Shown here: positions 16,878-25,930 of the stretch, piece by piece
Layout of the letters: every line of letters starts with the position of its first letter
Position numbering within the stretch: the stretch's first letter is position 1
Assembly (NCBI GenBank): GCA_023229405.1
Contig: JALNZH010000002.1
Location: forward strand, 1 to 38,606
Direction of reading: 5' to 3'
Origin: Bacteroidota bacterium
GTDB taxonomy: Bacteria; Bacteroidota; Ignavibacteria; UBA10030; UBA8401
Length of the DNA stretch: 38,606 bases
Translations under genes and position numbers: made by a program
The notes under the pieces: model-generated
The model's input: the letters and a program-made list of their open reading frames with translations, nothing else
Told to the model about the DNA's origin: nothing
Databases searched by the model: none

Positions 16878-17117
16878 ATGGACGCAATAATTCATGACGA
16901 AGAAATTCAAAATGCAGATCAAAAAACATTGAATGACAAAATCTTTTTCTCGAACAATATTAGAATGAAAATCACAATGAAAACTGCAAAATTATTTCTC
17001 TATTACGGTTACACAATGGCAACGATATGGATGTTGTATTCTCATTTTCTGAAAGAGCAACGACAGTGCAAAATGCCGGCTCACATAGAAGAAGATGAAT
17101 TCATAAACTGGCAGTAG
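16878..17117 (+). CDS. Hypothetical small protein with one hydrophobic segment
   Basis: 79-aa ORF with a weak RBS and the hydrophobic stretch AKLFLYYGYTMATIWMLYSHF. No recognisable family. Confidence 0.25.
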   Translation: MDAIIHDEEIQNADQKTLNDKIFFSNNIRMKITMKTAKLFLYYGYTMATIWMLYSHFLKEQRQCKMPAHIEEDEFINWQ

Positions 17118-17244
17118 AAAAATTTGAACAAATAATTGAACAATAATTTTAGCTCGTAGTAGAACAGGTAGACCGTGCTCTATAAGAGCGGGACGATTCG
17201 AACAAAAAACATTTAGTCATTATTATTTACACCATGGAGAAGTT

Positions 17245-18330
17245 ATGAATACCGATACAAAACACACAACAAATAATTTAGCACGATTGACACGCTTCTT
17301 TGGAGTGATCCTGCCAGTTGCGTTGATCTTCTCAGTCACAGCAATGTCTCAAACATTGACTGCGGTAAATTTAGGATCATCCGCCAATTACGTTATTCTG
17401 GCTGGTTCATTAGTTTCAAACATTCCGGCTTCTGCGGTTACAGGGAATATCGGTTTGAGTCCCGCAGCGGGCAGCAGCATAACCGGATTTGGTTTAACTG
17501 AAGTTACCGGGACCATCTACACGGTTGATGCTACCGGTCCTGTCGGTTCGACAATGGCACCGACAATACTGACGGCGGCAAAGGGTGATTTAACCATTGG
17601 GTACAACGATGCCGCAGGACGCACACCAATACCAACGGGTACATATTTAAATCCGGGATCAGGAAATATTGGCGGATTAACACTTGTTCCGGGTCTGTAT
17701 AAATTTACAAGCGATGCTTCAATAACGGGATCTGATGTTACTCTCACAGGCACCGCAACAGATGTCTGGATATTCCAGATTGCTGCTGGTCTGAACGTCG
17801 GCACTGGCATTAAAGTTATTCTTGCCGGTGGTGCAAGAGCAGCAAACATTTTTTGGCAGGTCGGTAGCTCGGCGACCCTGGGTACAACCTCTGTATTCAA
17901 AGGAACGATCATGGCTGGTCAATCAATCTCGTTGGGTACTGGAGCATCTTTGGAAGGTAGGGCGTTAGCAAGTAATGCCGCAGTTACATTAGAATCTAGT
18001 GTTGTTACCAGACCGTCGACAACGACCGCTGTAGCAAATGGAATCGTAACGCCACAACAATATGAACTCTTCCAAAATTATCCGAACCCATTCAACCCAT
18101 CCACACAGATTCATTATAATCTTGAGAAGGCTGTTCAGGTTTCTCTCAAGGTCTACAATCTTCTTGGTGATGAAGTTGCAACACTGGTGAAGGGTCCTCA
18201 AGAAGCAGGTAGTTATGCTGTGCCGTTCAATAGCAATATGGGAACACGTAATCTTTCAAGCGGTGTCTACTTTTACCGTTTGGAAGCCGGGCCATTTCTT
18301 TCAACAAAAAAATTTACACTTGTAAAGTAG
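17245..18330 (+). CDS. T9SS-sorted DUF3494 / ice-binding-like protein (subtype B)
   Basis: RBS ggaga and a signal peptide. Motifs [90 protein letters not shown]9SS tail LFQNYPNPFNPSTQIHYNL..GVYFYRLEAG..KKFTLVK. Confidence 0.88.
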   Translation: MNTDTKHTTNNLARLTRFFGVILPVALIFSVTAMSQTLTAVNLGSSANYVILAGSLVSNIPASAVTGNIGLSPAAGSSITGFGLTEVTGTIYTVDATGPVGSTMAPTILTAAKGDLTIGYNDAAGRTPIPTGTYLNPGSGNIGGLTLVPGLYKFTSDASITGSDVTLTGTATDVWIFQIAAGLNVGTGIKVILAGGARAANIFWQVGSSATLGTTSVFKGTIMAGQSISLGTGASLEGRALASNAAVTLESSVVTRPSTTTAVANGIVTPQQYELFQNYPNPFNPSTQIHYNLEKAVQVSLKVYNLLGDEVATLVKGPQEAGSYAVPFNSNMGTRNLSSGVYFYRLEAGPFLSTKKFTLVK

Positions 18331-18417
18331 TTCTTATTTATAAATCCACTTTCAAGAGTGGGGACAATTTTCCTAAACAATATCTTATTCATTTTCAATA
18401 ACTAAAGAGAAAGTCTT

Positions 18418-20763
18418 ATGAACATTAACACAACAAATAAATTACGCCGATGGTCTCGTTTTGTCGGAGCAATGGTGTCAGCAGCTTTGATGATGTCTGT
18501 CACCGCCAAGTCTCAATCATTGATGCCAGTAAATCTGGGGTCGACCTCCAATTTTTCAATTTTGGCTGGTTCATTAATCTCAAACATTCCAACGTCTGCT
18601 GTTATTGGTGATATCGGTTTAAGCCCTGCCGCTGGCAGTGGTGTAATTGGATTTGGACAAACTGAAGTGACAGGAATAATATATACGGTCGATGCTACTG
18701 GTCCTGTCGGTTCAGTAATTGATGCTACGAAGCTAACTACAGCGCAGGGTGATTTAACGATTGCATACAACGATGCTGCAGGGCGTACGCCAATTCCGAC
18801 GGGTACATTTTTGAATCCGGGATCGGGAAATATTGGAGGATTAACACTTGCTCCAGGATTGTATAAATTCACAAGTGACGCATCGATTTCAGGTTCTGAT
18901 GTTACGCTCACAGGCAGCGCAACAGATGTCTGGATATTCCAGATTGCAGCTGGTCTTAATGTAGGCACTGGTATTAAAGTTATTCTTGCCGGTGGTGCAA
19001 AAGCATCGAACATTTTTTGGCAGGTTGGTACATCAGTCACACTGGGAACAACTTCGGTCTTCAAGGGAACCATTTTGGCAGATCAATCTATCTCGCTAAA
19101 TACCGGTGCAACAGTTGAAGGAAGATTATTAGCCCGCATTGCTGCGGTTACATTGGCCTCTAATGCTGTTACCAATCCGACCATCATCACTTTGCAAGCT
19201 CCATTGTTAACATCACCAGCTGACGAAGCAACACATCAGTCAACATCTGTTGAGTTGAAATGGTTTGCTTCAACTGGAGACAGCGTGTATCATTTACAAA
19301 TTGATACGAACAACGTTTTTGGTACAACGGTGTATAACGATTCAACTCTTACAGGAACCCTGCATAAAACAGCAGGTTTAATGAATGGAACAAAATATTT
19401 CTGGCGCGTAAGTGTAAAAGATAGTGCGAAGTATGGTGGCGGAACAAGCGCGTATTCGACCATTCGAAGTTTTACAACATTGAATCTCATATCTATTCCG
19501 CAACCACCAGTGTTAGAATTGCCGGCTGACCTGGCAACGAATCAATCAACAACAATTGAATTGACGTGGTTTGCTGCCGTTGGAGACAGCGTGTATCATT
19601 TACAAATTGATACAAGCAAATTTTTTAGTTCAACGGTGTATAACGACTCAACTCTCAAAGGTAGCTTGCATAAAATTACAGGCTTAAAGAATGCAACAAA
19701 ATATTACTGGCGTGTAAGTGTAAAAGACAGTGCAACGAATGGTTTCGGAACGAGTGCTTATTCAACAGTACGAAGTTTTACAACATGGAACGTTACACCA
19801 ACAACACCTCTTTTGCCGGTCACTCTTGGTATGACTGATCGATTTGCGATTTTATCGTATGCAGGAATAACCAATACAGGTCCTACAAGTATTATCGGAG
19901 ATGTTGGAGTGAGTCCTCTTGCTGCTTCGTATATGACCGGATTTGGTACACCCAATATCGTCGGAACGATCTATGGAGTTGACGCAACAGGTCCTGAAGG
20001 CTCGGTAGTTTTTCCTTCGATGTTAACACAGGCCATGGGTGATTTAACGACAGCATTTAACGATGCGGCAGGACGAACAGTAGATCCGATCGGTGTGTCC
20101 GGAAATCTTGGTGGACTTACTCTCTATTCTGGTTTGTATAAATCCACTGGGTCACTTGAAATATCATCAGGCGATCTTACGCTCGATGCTCAAGATGACA
20201 CAGCTGCTGTTTGGGTTTTTCAAATAGCTTCCAGTTTCGATATGACATCAGGTCGCCAAGTTTTCCTTACGGGCGGTGCAAAAGCTTCCAATATTTTTTG
20301 GCAAATGGGAAGTGCGGCAACGTTTGGAACGACGACTATAATGAAGGGAACCATTATGGCGTATACAACAATTACGTTTGCTACAGGCGCATCGTTGGAA
20401 GGCAGAGCATTAGCGCGAACGGCTGGTATTACATTGCAAAGCAATACCATCGGCAAAGTTGCGGGACCGACTTCTGTTCGGTCAGAAAATGTACCCCAAG
20501 AATTTACACTTTTACAGAATTACCCGAATCCGTTCAATCCAACAACAAATATTGAATTCACCGTTCCATTCAATGGACGAGCAACATTGAAAGTATTCAA
20601 TGCGATCGGACAGGAAGTTGCGACATTGTTCAACGGTGAAGCGGAAGCAGGAAAATACAATACAGTGCAATTCAACGCTTCAGGATTGGCAACTGGATTG
20701 TATTTTTCACGATTGGAGTTTGGCGGTGTAGTGCAGTTGAAAAAAATGATGCTGGTAAAATAA
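18418..20763 (+). CDS. T9SS-sorted protein: DUF3494(B) - 2x FN3-like repeats - DUF3494(A) - sorting tail
   Basis: Domain 1 about 18520-19176. Two 102-aa-period repeats at 19201-19479 and 19513-19785 (..W(F)A..GDSVYHLQIDT..Y(F/Y)WRVSVKD..). Domain 2 about 19813-20457. Tail LLQNYPNPFNPTTNIEF..GLYFSRLEFG..KKMMLVK. Confidence 0.88.
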   Translation: MNINTTNKLRRWSRFVGAMVSAALMMSVTAKSQSLMPVNLGSTSNFSILAGSLISNIPTSAVIGDIGLSPAAGSGVIGFGQTEVTGIIYTVDATGPVGSVIDATKLTTAQGDLTIAYNDAAGRTPIPTGTFLNPGSGNIGGLTLAPGLYKFTSDASISGSDVTLTGSATDVWIFQIAAGLNVGTGIKVILAGGAKASNIFWQVGTSVTLGTTSVFKGTILADQSISLNTGATVEGRLLARIAAVTLASNAVTNPTIITLQAPLLTSPADEATHQSTSVELKWFASTGDSVYHLQIDTNNVFGTTVYNDSTLTGTLHKTAGLMNGTKYFWRVSVKDSAKYGGGTSAYSTIRSFTTLNLISIPQPPVLELPADLATNQSTTIELTWFAAVGDSVYHLQIDTSKFFSSTVYNDSTLKGSLHKITGLKNATKYYWRVSVKDSATNGFGTSAYSTVRSFTTWNVTPTTPLLPVTLGMTDRFAILSYAGITNTGPTSIIGDVGVSPLAASYMTGFGTPNIVGTIYGVDATGPEGSVVFPSMLTQAMGDLTTAFNDAAGRTVDPIGVSGNLGGLTLYSGLYKSTGSLEISSGDLTLDAQDDTAAVWVFQIASSFDMTSGRQVFLTGGAKASNIFWQMGSAATFGTTTIMKGTIMAYTTITFATGASLEGRALARTAGITLQSNTIGKVAGPTSVRSENVPQEFTLLQNYPNPFNPTTNIEFTVPFNGRATLKVFNAIGQEVATLFNGEAEAGKYNTVQFNASGLATGLYFSRLEFGGVVQLKKMMLVK

Positions 20764-20789
20764 AACACTATTAGGTAATAAAATAAATG

Positions 20790-20825
20790 AAGCGTTTCGG
20801 TTTTTTTACCGGAACGCTTTTTTTA
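20790..20825 (+). terminator. Rho-independent terminator
   Basis: 11-bp stem aagcgtttcgg/ccggaacgctt (one G-U pair), 8-nt loop, then T7+. Confidence 0.75.
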
Positions 20826-20870
20826 TCAATGGGTTTTACTTTGCGGACACAAAATATTCTAGGAGAAATC

Positions 20871-21626
20871 ATGAATCATATTAATTGCTCGTTTCGATTG
20901 TCTGCTGTACTTATTGCATTACTAACATTGACGATCCTGCCGGCGAGGTCACAAGTGAATATGAAACTTGGGGGCGGTATCGGTATAGTCAGTCCGACTT
21001 CAGATTTCAGCGGTTCTACCATTGACTACTATAACGGTTCAAACTATGGACTCGTCAGTGGTCTTACCATTCATGGAAAGACGAAGATCGGATTATCAGG
21101 ATTGAATATTGTCGGTGAAATTGATTATGCGTCATTACAAAATACCGGAAATTCTGGACCAGGACGGGGATTGGTGAATATATCACAAAATATCATATCG
21201 CTGAAAGTCGGACCTGAGTTTCATCTCACCATTCCCATAATACCAATTACTCCATACATCGGTGCAAACATAGCAATGAATAGATTCAGCGGAGAGACAA
21301 CGTTTCGCGGAGTATCGAAAGTTCCGAGTGCAACATATAGTGTAACAGACGCAACACGATTTGGTGTTGGATTTTCTGCCGGTTCGGAAGTGAGTATTGG
21401 TCATTTGTTATCGTTCGATTTTAATTTCTCATACAACTTCATGAATGTCGCCGGTAAGGAATGGAATAACGTTAATCCGGAAACAAACCAACGCATCGAT
21501 TCCTATCTTTCGTTGAATGATGGTATCGATCCTCAGTACACCACAGGAGATGAAAATCATTTTATTGTCAGCACGCGTAATATTAATTCAGTTCTGGTTA
21601 CGGTAAGCATCTTGTTCGGTGTATAG
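20871..21626 (+). CDS. Outer-membrane beta-barrel protein (porin-like, unknown function)
   Basis: ORF 20787..21626, but 20787-20825 is the terminator. ATG 20871 follows aggag. Signal LIALLTLTILPARSQ. Alternating-hydrophobicity strands rich in G/S/N/Y/F. Confidence 0.6.
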   Translation: MNHINCSFRLSAVLIALLTLTILPARSQVNMKLGGGIGIVSPTSDFSGSTIDYYNGSNYGLVSGLTIHGKTKIGLSGLNIVGEIDYASLQNTGNSGPGRGLVNISQNIISLKVGPEFHLTIPIIPITPYIGANIAMNRFSGETTFRGVSKVPSATYSVTDATRFGVGFSAGSEVSIGHLLSFDFNFSYNFMNVAGKEWNNVNPETNQRIDSYLSLNDGIDPQYTTGDENHFIVSTRNINSVLVTVSILFGV

Positions 21627-21707
21627 TATGGTTAATGGGTAGAAGGCTGAGGAAATACAGCAACAAATTCACGAATTGTTACACCATAAACATAAGGAAT
21701 TTATACC

Positions 21708-22202
21708 ATGAACCATTATCGTTTTGCAATTATTGCCTGTTGTGTGTTTCTCGCATTTCAGGAATCCAAAGCTCAAGTGCACCGCTTTGGACTTGGTGTG
21801 ATCATCGGTGAACCTGCGGGAATCAGCGCAAAGTTGTGGACATCAAACCACACCGCATTTAATTTCGGTGCTGGTTGGTCGGTAGGAGGAGATCGTATGG
21901 GGAGGTATGATTACTATTATAATGGAACAAACCGAGTTCACGTACACATGGACTACTTGTGGCATTCGTTTGATGTCATCCGTTCATCCGAACTATTTCC
22001 GCTATTCTATGGCATTGGTTGTCGTATAAACAATGGTGCCGGGTATGACGCTTCGGTTGCAGTTCGAGGTGTGTTCGGCTTTGCATGGCTGCCGCATAAA
22101 GTGCCAATAGATATATTTATAGAGCTCGTTCCGATGCTCCAACTTTCACCTGCAAGCAGTTTTGGTATTGATGCCGGAGTTGGCGCACGATATTTTTTTT
22201 GA
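21708..22202 (+). CDS. Small outer-membrane beta-barrel protein
   Basis: Signal MNHYRFAIIACCVFLAFQESKAQ. Short amphipathic strands. Ends GVGARYFF (C-terminal aromatic beta-signal). Confidence 0.6.
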   Translation: MNHYRFAIIACCVFLAFQESKAQVHRFGLGVIIGEPAGISAKLWTSNHTAFNFGAGWSVGGDRMGRYDYYYNGTNRVHVHMDYLWHSFDVIRSSELFPLFYGIGCRINNGAGYDASVAVRGVFGFAWLPHKVPIDIFIELVPMLQLSPASSFGIDAGVGARYFF

Positions 22203-22281
22203 TGGATTTTCGTATTCCTACATTTACTGTGTAAGGTGATTTCAATCAAATTGATTTCACAAAACTGTTATGTGAAACGAT

Positions 22282-24429
22282 ATGTCAACAGACGTTTTCG
22301 AACGGAGGTTTTTCAATATGAAAAATATCAAAAAAACGAAACTTGAACTGAGTGGAGAACTACAATCTGCAAATCAGAAAGCCGCTGAAATCGAAACACA
22401 ATTGAATGGACATGGAGAGACACGTTCCCAAACGATGAATGACGTGCGTGATTCCGAGATCCGCTACCGACGACTCTTTGAAACTTCTCAGAATGGTATT
22501 TTAATACTCGATGCTGAATCCGGTGCAATCACTGATGCGAACCCTTTCCTCAGGGAAATGCTGGGCTATGCATCAGAGGAATTGATCGGAAAACGATTGT
22601 GGGAGATTGGTGCATTCGTTGATGTCAAAGACAGTAAAGCTGCGTTCGAAGAATTGCAGCTCAAAGAATATATTCGGTACGAGGATTTGCCGTTAAAGAC
22701 CAAAGAGGGACAAAGTAGAGAGGTGGAGTTTGTAAGCAATGTCTATCTTGTTAATGGCAAAAAAGTAATTCAATGCAATATCCGGGACATTTCCGAACGC
22801 AGAGAGATTGAAAAAGGGTTGGAAAAAACCCGCAAAGAGCTTGAGGTAACAAAAATATCCGAAGATGCAGCCCGCGAATACGCCGAGAGCATCATCAACA
22901 CCGTACGTGAATCCTTAATAGCTTTGGATCAAGATTTAAGAGTTGTCACAGCCAGTCGTTCCTTCTATGAAATCTTTAAAGTAAAACCTGAAGAGACTGT
23001 GGGTCAGCTCATTTATGATCTGGGGAATAAACAGTGGGATATTCCCAAGCTGCGGGAACTGCTGGAAACAATCCTTCCAAAAAAAGCAACCTTCGACAAC
23101 TATGAGGTTAAACACGATTTTTCTACCATTGGCAGACGCATTATGCTTTTAAATGCACGACAGATTCAAAGAGTGTTGGGTAAAGAACGGATCATCCTGC
23201 TGGCTATTGAAGATATCACTGAGCGCAGAGAAATTGAAAATGGACTTGAAAAAACTCGTAAAGAACTTGAAGTAACAAAAATATCCGAAGATGCAGCCCG
23301 CGAATACGCCGAGAGCATCATCAACACCGTACGTGAATCCTTAATAGCTTTGGATCAAGATTTAAGAGTTGTCACAGCCAGTCGTTCCTTCTATGACGTT
23401 TTTAAGGTAAAGCCTGAAGAGACTGTGGGTCAGCTAATTTATGATTTGGGAAATAAACAGTGGAATATCCCCAAACTGCGAGAACTGCTGGAAACAATCC
23501 TTCCACAAAAAGCAACCTTCGATAACTATGAGGTTGAACACGATTTTGCTACCATTGGCAGGCGCATTATGCTTTTAAATGCACGACAGATTCAAAGAGT
23601 GTTGGGTAAAAAAAGGATCATCTTGCTGGCTATTGAAGATATTACCGAGCGCAAAGAAATTGAAAATGGTCTGGAAAAAGCCCATGAAGATTTAAAAGAA
23701 TTAGCCGCAGAGTTAAACCGCACCGCTAAAGTAAAATCTGAATTCTTGTCTAACATGTCGCATGAGCTTAGGACTCCGCTCAACTCCATCAACGGTTTCT
23801 CCGAAGTTTTATTCGATGAGACGTTCGGACCGCTTAATGAAAAACAGAAAAAATATGTTAATAATGTTTTAACAAGTGGTAAGCATCTTCTCTTATTGAT
23901 AAATCAGATTCTTGATATGGCAAAAGTTGAAGCGGGAAAGATGAAGCTAGTTTTATCCACATTACCCATGAAAACCTTGTTAAATGAAATTTCATTACTG
24001 TTGGCAGATATGGTAAGCAAAAAGAAACTGCACATGGACCTTGAAATTTCCGAAGATTTGCCGAATATCGAAGCAGATGAACTTAAGGTAAAAGAGATTT
24101 TGTACAACTTACTTTCAAACGCTGTGAAATTCACGCGTGAGGGTGGAAGAATTGGAATGTGGGCAAAGAAAGCCGATTCCGAAATAGAAATAGTGGTCTG
24201 GGATACAGGGGTCGGTATCGCACCTGAAAACATGGAAAAAATATTTGAAGGTTTTTTCCGTGTTGATACTCCCTATTCTCGTGTAACTGAGGGGACAGGA
24301 CTCGGTTTGCCCCTTTCTAAAAAACTGGTTGAGCTGCATGGCGGAAAACTTTCTGTGGAATCAGCAGGACTCTATAAAGGTATCTCGGTCCGGTTTACGT
24401 TGCCGATTGTATCCAGAAAGGTGGTGTGA
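22282..24429 (+). CDS. Cytoplasmic PAS-PAS-PAS sensor histidine kinase
   Basis: No TM segments. PAS 1 (RYRRLFETSQNGILILD..). Two duplicated PAS units (REYAESIINTVRESLIALDQDLRVVTASRSFY..). HisKA FLSNMSHELRTPLNSINGFSE. HATPase WDTGVGIAPENMEKIFEGFFRV..GTGLGLPLSKKLVELHGG. Confidence 0.9.
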   Translation: MSTDVFERRFFNMKNIKKTKLELSGELQSANQKAAEIETQLNGHGETRSQTMNDVRDSEIRYRRLFETSQNGILILDAESGAITDANPFLREMLGYASEELIGKRLWEIGAFVDVKDSKAAFEELQLKEYIRYEDLPLKTKEGQSREVEFVSNVYLVNGKKVIQCNIRDISERREIEKGLEKTRKELEVTKISEDAAREYAESIINTVRESLIALDQDLRVVTASRSFYEIFKVKPEETVGQLIYDLGNKQWDIPKLRELLETILPKKATFDNYEVKHDFSTIGRRIMLLNARQIQRVLGKERIILLAIEDITERREIENGLEKTRKELEVTKISEDAAREYAESIINTVRESLIALDQDLRVVTASRSFYDVFKVKPEETVGQLIYDLGNKQWNIPKLRELLETILPQKATFDNYEVEHDFATIGRRIMLLNARQIQRVLGKKRIILLAIEDITERKEIENGLEKAHEDLKELAAELNRTAKVKSEFLSNMSHELRTPLNSINGFSEVLFDETFGPLNEKQKKYVNNVLTSGKHLLLLINQILDMAKVEAGKMKLVLSTLPMKTLLNEISLLLADMVSKKKLHMDLEISEDLPNIEADELKVKEILYNLLSNAVKFTREGGRIGMWAKKADSEIEIVVWDTGVGIAPENMEKIFEGFFRVDTPYSRVTEGTGLGLPLSKKLVELHGGKLSVESAGLYKGISVRFTLPIVSRKVV
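22795..23646 (+). repeat. Tandem duplication, 2 x 426 bp (142 codons), inside the kinase gene
   Basis: Unit boundaries ga(a/g)cgcagaga(g/a)attgaaaa at 22795, 23221 and 23647. A 125-nt identical run at 22846-22970 = 23272-23396. Confidence 0.95.
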
Positions 24430-24430
24430 G

Positions 24431-25843
24431 ATGAGGAAGAAAGCATTGGTTGTCGACGACAATGGAAACAATTTGATGTTGGAAAAAGATCTTTTAGAGG
24501 TCGCTGGCTTCGAAGTATTTGGAGCTGAAAATGCTTCCAGTGGAATTACAATCGCCAAGAGAGAAAAACCTGATATCATCGTTATGGATATGCGGCTTCC
24601 GGATATGCGTGGTTCTGAGGCTGCCAAAGCATTACGTCTAGACAAAGAGACACGTAATATTCCCATTGTTTTTGTGACCGCTTCCGTAATGGCAGAAGGC
24701 AAAGAAGAAATAAACTCAATACCGAACTGTGGATTTATTGGTAAGCCGATAAACTCACGCACGTTTGCAAAAGAAATTAGTCAATTTATTACTAAGGAAA
24801 TAAAAGACAAACCTGTAATCTTAGTTGTTGATGACAAAATCCAAAACATTGAACTTCTCGAAGTATATCTTGTTCCGCAGGGTTATGAAATTATCAAGGC
24901 AACAAGCGGTGAAAAAGCGCTGCTGAAACTTTCTGTTCACCCAATCGATCTGATACTGATGGATGTAGTGATGCCCGCGATGGATGGTTTTGAAGTCACC
25001 CGTACACTTAAGCAAGATGATAAAACTCGATTGATACCGATAATTTTAGTCACAGCATTGCATGAAACAGAAGACCGGGTTAAAGGAATTGAAGCTGGGT
25101 GTGATGATTTTATTTCAAAGCCTGTTGATAAGATGGAACTTTTAGCCAAGGTAGATTCACTGCTTAGAACTAAATCTCTGCATGACAAAGTAAGCGAAGC
25201 CCGCGAATATGCTGAAAGTATTATCAATACAGTACGTGAATCGTTAATCATTTTAGACAAAGATTTAAGAGTTGTCACGGTCAGTCGTTCCTTCTATGAC
25301 ATCTTTAGGGTAAAACCTGAAGAGACCGTGGGGCAGCATATTTATGACTTGGGTAATAAACAGTGGGATATCCCCAAGCTGCGGGAACTGTTGGAAACAA
25401 TTCTTCCCCAAAAAACTACCTTTGACGACTTCGAAGTTGAACACGATTTTACCATCATTGGCAGACGTACAATGCTTTTAAATGCCCGACAGACTCAACG
25501 AGCGTTGGGCAAGGAACTGATCATCTTGTTGGCTATTGAAGATATTACAGAACGAAAGCGGACAGAAGAGGCACTCGCGGAAGGAGCAAAAGAACGTGAG
25601 AAATTAATTAAAGAGCTTCAATACGCTTTAGACAACATCAAAACCCTACAAGGACTTATTCCTATATGTGCCAATTGTAAAAAGATAAGAGACGATAAAG
25701 GGTTCTGGAACCAAGTAGAAGGATACATTATGGCACATAGCGATGCAACGTTCACGCATGGTGTGTGCCCAGAGTGTGCAAAGAAATTGTACGGAGATCA
25801 TTATGACCAAACGATTAAAAACCTACAAAAGAAAAACATATAA
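24431..25843 (+). CDS. REC-REC-PAS protein with a C-terminal Cys4 zinc-ribbon-like motif
   Basis: ATG 24431 lies directly after the upstream TGA (one nt between). Receiver 1 KALVVDDN..DIIVMDMRLPDM. Receiver 2 VILVVDDK..DLILMDVVMPAMDG. Third copy of the REYAESIINTVRESL PAS unit. Tail ICANCKKIRDDKGFWNQVEGYIMAHSDATFTHGVCPECAKKLYG. Confidence 0.88.
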   Translation: MRKKALVVDDNGNNLMLEKDLLEVAGFEVFGAENASSGITIAKREKPDIIVMDMRLPDMRGSEAAKALRLDKETRNIPIVFVTASVMAEGKEEINSIPNCGFIGKPINSRTFAKEISQFITKEIKDKPVILVVDDKIQNIELLEVYLVPQGYEIIKATSGEKALLKLSVHPIDLILMDVVMPAMDGFEVTRTLKQDDKTRLIPIILVTALHETEDRVKGIEAGCDDFISKPVDKMELLAKVDSLLRTKSLHDKVSEAREYAESIINTVRESLIILDKDLRVVTVSRSFYDIFRVKPEETVGQHIYDLGNKQWDIPKLRELLETILPQKTTFDDFEVEHDFTIIGRRTMLLNARQTQRALGKELIILLAIEDITERKRTEEALAEGAKEREKLIKELQYALDNIKTLQGLIPICANCKKIRDDKGFWNQVEGYIMAHSDATFTHGVCPECAKKLYGDHYDQTIKNLQKKNI

Positions 25844-25930
25844 CCGAAAGGAAATGATGTAACCTTACAGAGCGGTTTACAATAGTATCAGAAGGGAACT
25901 CCCGATACCACAATACAAAAGAGGCGGAGA

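Noticed and set aside
18513-19073. 186-aa antisense ORF in the DUF3494 gene, plus similar ones at 17517..17912, 14186..14449 and 20220..20456
   Set aside because: These antisense frames stay open because of the Gly/Thr/Ala/Ser-rich repetitive coding strand. Each mirrors the sense domain and has no signals of its own.
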